A stretch of 64,000 nucleotides of DNA from Tubiluchus corallicola (Eukaryota > Animalia > Priapulida), in the NCBI GenBank assembly GCA_030141605.1, contig JAQGDQ010000358.1, positions 178,544 through 242,543 on the forward strand, read 5' to 3'. This document shows, one piece after another, positions 59,725 to 64,000 of the stretch. The translations under genes were made by a program, and so were the position numbers. A model generated the notes under the pieces. That model did no database searches, was not told the DNA's origin, and was given only the letters and a program-made list of their open reading frames with translations. Within the stretch, counting starts at the first letter, position 1; each line of letters begins with the position of its first letter.

Positions 59725-62419
59725 ATGACAAGCAACTCTGTAATGTCCAAAGAGGTGTTGACACAGGTAATTTTAATTGTTAATTATTATTTTACATATT
59801 TATTGATTATGTTTTAGCAATTAAAAGGTTCTTTTCGTTGTTTTTATTATGTTATATTTTTGGTCTCGATGTATTTAAATGTACTTGCGACCTTGACCAA
59901 CAAACTAATAAATAGTCAGAATATTAAAATTTAGTTTTTTGCTACTTCTTTTCATTAAACTTCCAAAAAAATTAGTTGCGACATTAACCGACTTTAGTTG
60001 CAGTGATGCAGTCCTATCATTTACTATTTTGCCATTTGAAAATACAGTCTCTCATTTACGAGCCACATGGAAGTCTGGTCAGAAAGTAGCACATAACCCT
60101 GATATACTAAACTATGCCAGTTCTGCTTTTCCCTACTAGCAAGTACTGTGAGCACCATTTGTTTTAGTTCTACTTATATTATAGGTAAAATAAAATTTTG
60201 TTGTGAATTACTGTATTTCCTACATAAGAATCAATAGTAGAGAACTTATAGTTTTGTCGTACTTTTCTTGATACTTTTATCCACTAAAATATTGTCACTC
60301 ATCACCAAGTAAGAGCTGAAAATAGGCTACTCTGAATACCTTTTAATGTGTTAGACTAACATGCCGAGAAGCTTTGGTTTTCTGTGACCTATAACACTTA
60401 CTTTTTGTTTCTCGTCGTACCTTTGTGTGTTAACAATGCCTTATCAAATTGACTTGAACTATATCATTATTACTATTTTTTCAATTTACTTTCTCGATTT
60501 ATTTTTATGTACAGATAACATGCCTTTGTGATCTAGATACAACAACTGGTATTTTATCATACTGACTCATTCCTTATTTACAGAAGTTTGTTAAACAGCT
60601 TTTTGTGGTTAAGCATTGAATTGTAATTTATTAACATTCAATATTATCTACAGAAAATATAATCAGAGACAGGCATTGGTAGATCAGATACTGTAATTAT
60701 GCAATGCTCATGATTACATATTACAAGCTGTAGTATTGGGCTACTGGTACGTCAACAATAGCAGTTAATAAGTAGGCCTATGTGGCATAATGTGGGTAGT
60801 TTAAAACTGGTTTTATAGTCCAGGTGAGATGGCATTGTTGTAGAGTTACTTTTTAAATTATCATCGTACTTGTATTTTTTAATGTCTTTCATTTAATATA
60901 GTGCACTATATTACGTGCAAAGTTTGACTTATTTTATTTTTTCAGACAAAGTTTGATGAGATTTATTGCACTAGTGAACCTGCTAGCTCAATTTGGCCAA
61001 CCATTGCGAAAAAACTTGGGCAAAAATGCCCACCATCAGGACACAGGCTAACACAGTCTTTCTTCAGCTTCTTTCCTCTTTTTGATCATCTGAGACAATA
61101 CAATGTAAAAACTGATCTAATGAAAGATGTGGTTGCTGGTGTGACTGTGGGAGTGGTTACTGTCCCCCTGAGTAAGTAAAATAAATAAAGTTGTACAGTT
61201 CTCACTAAGGCGGATATAAGAAATGGCCGGAAAAAATAAAATTGGCTAATAATAGCATTGTCAAATCTATTAACAATTTAATCATATGTGTTGTGGGAGT
61301 TGCACATTTGACACTCCAATTGATGAATCTGGATATTACATAAAACAGTGTGTACTCTCATGAGTTTTTGTTGAGAATTATGTGAAATCCAATTCATAGC
61401 TGTTATTTCTTTAAAGTAGCATACATCGCATAGTATTATATTACTTTTGATGATAGTGCTTTTTCATGTTGGTGAACCATGGTAGTGATTATTTATTTTG
61501 AAAATGGCAGTCTTTACTTTTATCCTATTTATAGCCATAAGAAGATTGTGGAAGTATTAACAGTTTACACAGTTATTTTAATTATTTTGTTTGTTTGATT
61601 TTTGCAATCTGTGCCATTTGATATTTCTGACAGTAGACAAATGTCAATGCCTTATAATTTCATAAAAGTTAGTTCACGTTTTACTATTATTTTTAGCTGC
61701 AATTTTGTTTTAGGTGTTGGATTTGCTGTACTAGCTACACTTGATCCTGTGTATGGACTTTACACTGCCTTTTTCCCTGTACTTGTATATAGTTTTCTTG
61801 GCTCATCTAGACATCTTTCAAATGGTAAGTGGGAACTGGGAGGATCAAAATCATGTTGGCCTGTAATTGATTTTTCCCATACATCGAGCATATTTTTTTA
61901 CTATATTCAATTGTAGCTTAGAAATCTTATTTTTTTTCAGCTTCCTTTATAGTTCATGATAATCAATACATGAACTTTATGCAGTTAAGTGAAATAAAGT
62001 CCAAAACATTTTATACTGCAGAAATTTTTTTTGGCAGTATATACACTGATGTAACTGCTTTTTAAATTCAAAAATTTTAAGCACTTTATTATTAATAAAT
62101 AAATATAGTAAGCTTGAGCATGATTTTAGTCTAATCATGCTGATTTATCACAAAATCATTGTCTTTTCTACTTATTCGTGTTAAGTACATTCCACTTACA
62201 GGTACATTTGCTGTGATAAGCTTAATGGTAGCTAACGTGATTAAACGCAACACCGTGTCTAAGTTAGAAGTTATCAATGGAGATAAAAATCAATGGGAAA
62301 ATTTAACTGAAGGGTACAATTCATCAGACACATATTCTGCTGCTATGCACAATGAAACGATAGTTGTTACTGGTATTATGATTGCCACCTGCCTTATGTT
62401 GTTTACTGGAATATTTCAG
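59725..62419 (+). CDS. SLC26: SLC26/SulP-family anion transporter (prestin/pendrin-like), 5' part; continues beyond the window
   Basis: Exons 59725-59766, 60946-61171, 61714-61824, 62202-62419; phases chain. MTSNSVMSKEVLTQ|TKFDEIY...FFPLFDHLRQYNVKTDLMKDVVAGVTVGVVTVPL|SVGFAVLATLDPVYGLYTAFFPVLVYSFLGSSRHLSN|GTFAVISLMV...LFTGIFQ. In-frame TGA upstream of the ATG. Confidence 0.92.
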
Positions 62420-63541
62420 GTACATTAAAATTGAATTAGTTAATATTCAATAGTTAGGCTGCTTATGCAGCTATAGGGCCTCCCTATTGACCAGATTTCT
62501 ATTGCTAAACTCAAAACTTATCTGCTGAGTATGACTTGTTTTTTATTTCAACCATTGTCTTGTAATTAGTAACATTTGAATGCCTCTTCAACTCTCGAAT
62601 CTCTGAACACAATAATAAAATAACTCTCAGTTCACTAAGCAAAAACTTTACATGCAAATAATGATTTTGGTTTGCATGTCTAAAACCCTCTAAAAAATTA
62701 TCATATATCTGAACAGAGACAGACATGTCTGGAAGTGTCTAAATTGGGACAGCCTTGGTCAGTACTTAGCTCGCTAATCATTCCGAATTGCTATGAGTAA
62801 GAAAACATAATTCTCAAAATCGGGTAGCTCTTGTAATTAAGTGGATTGACTGTGCCAATGTGCATCCCAATGTGCACCACTGATTCACGAAAAAACTACA
62901 TTATTAATTTTATTGATAAAGAAATTTAAACTTTTGCTTAATTACCGAAGAGTGTAATACCAATGCTCTGATTATTCTTTATGCAATATTTATCTTATTT
63001 ATTAGTGCCAAAAATACATACAATACAAAAAACAAAACATACAGCCAATCTCAATTTTGAAATATGGTGATATTGCAGACAAACGAACAATTATTGATAA
63101 AACAATTGCCTTGTTGTCAACTTGTCAGCAGTGTCACTACATTTTAAACCTAAAGTTGTATATATGTCTTGTTTTTTACCTGACATTATCCAAACTTGTT
63201 TCAAACGACTTTCCGTCAAATGGCTGCACCTATCGGTCACCGAGGAACTTTTGAAATAAATTTTCAAGTTTTGTACAACGTTACTGCTAACGCAACCTCT
63301 GTATGCAGTAACACGGCGTGTAAGTGATGAGTATAAAATTTTATGACGAATTTTTTAATCTTTATTTATGAAAAGGGTTTTCTTGTGCTTTAACTATTAC
63401 AAGTAGAGTCAGCTATATGAAGTTGTGGCAAGCAACATTCCTCACTTACTGTAAAAGAAAATCATCAATTATACAATCAGAGCGGGTTTATTATAGTTTT
63501 GAATCCTTTAGCAATTAAGCTGAGATTCACAGAGTAATTAA

Positions 63542-63999
63542 CCCTTTCATACCCGTTGTATCCCGTGGGATACGAGAATATTTTCTGCCTTTAAAATTAA
63601 TAAAATTTTAAAACTGACAGTCATTTGATCTGTTAATAGTTATTTTGATTTAAGCCAATAACAATAGACTAAAAATGGTGATAAAATAGCAAACTAGAAA
63701 ATCTACATAGCATAGTAAAACTGCGCAAGGTGCAATACTTTAGAGATGACTTTGTACAGATCAGCATATCATGCATAGTAAATGCCTTAAATACTTTAAA
63801 AAAATTTTAGCAGCTGCAAAATGAAGCACATTTTATGCTTCCATTGAACCCAAATGTATCCCGTGGGATACAGGCTATATTTAGCACGCGGCCACAGGTA
63901 GAAAAAATAATTATTATGTGTAAACAAGATGGACATACTGAACAAAAGTACTAAATCAAAAAAAAATTCTTATTAAAAAACAATTTGGGACTGAAAGGG
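63542..63999. mobile_element. piggyBac-like MITE, 458 bp, in an SLC26 intron
   Basis: TTAA|CCCTTTCATACCC ... GGGACTGAAAGGG|T (window ends); palindrome GTATCCCGTGGGATAC at 63558 and 63856. Confidence 0.8.
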
Positions 64000-64000
64000 T

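Overview
AT-rich, intron-rich animal (invertebrate-like) nuclear DNA, not prokaryotic, with no CRISPR or operon structure. Exons were rebuilt by hand from GT-AG sites, phase continuity and protein motifs. Three protein genes were found: (1) a complete minus-strand 19-coding-exon M28B glutamate carboxypeptidase II/NAALADase-like gene (5049-17138, about 747 aa); (2) a minus-strand divergent atypical PKC (14 firm exons at 22607-42906, 5' exons uncertain out to about 50289) with an intact kinase domain but a degenerate PB1, altered C1 rim, Thr gatekeeper, expanded TP-rich hinge and no canonical C-terminal PDZ-binding motif; (3) the 5' part of a plus-strand SLC26 anion transporter (59725-62419, continuing past the window) whose TM1 Pro-Gln reads Pro-Leu. 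Also present: an intronic tRNA-Asn(GUU), a fossil RLE-type non-LTR retrotransposon, a TSD-flanked RTE-like SINE, hAT and piggyBac-like non-autonomous elements, an LTR-like duplication and many microsatellites, which explain the homopolymeric ORFs. I cannot demonstrate a new biological system. The best candidate is the apparently 'polarity-complex-uncoupled' aPKC paralog. All comparisons to human proteins and repeat families are from memory, not from searches.
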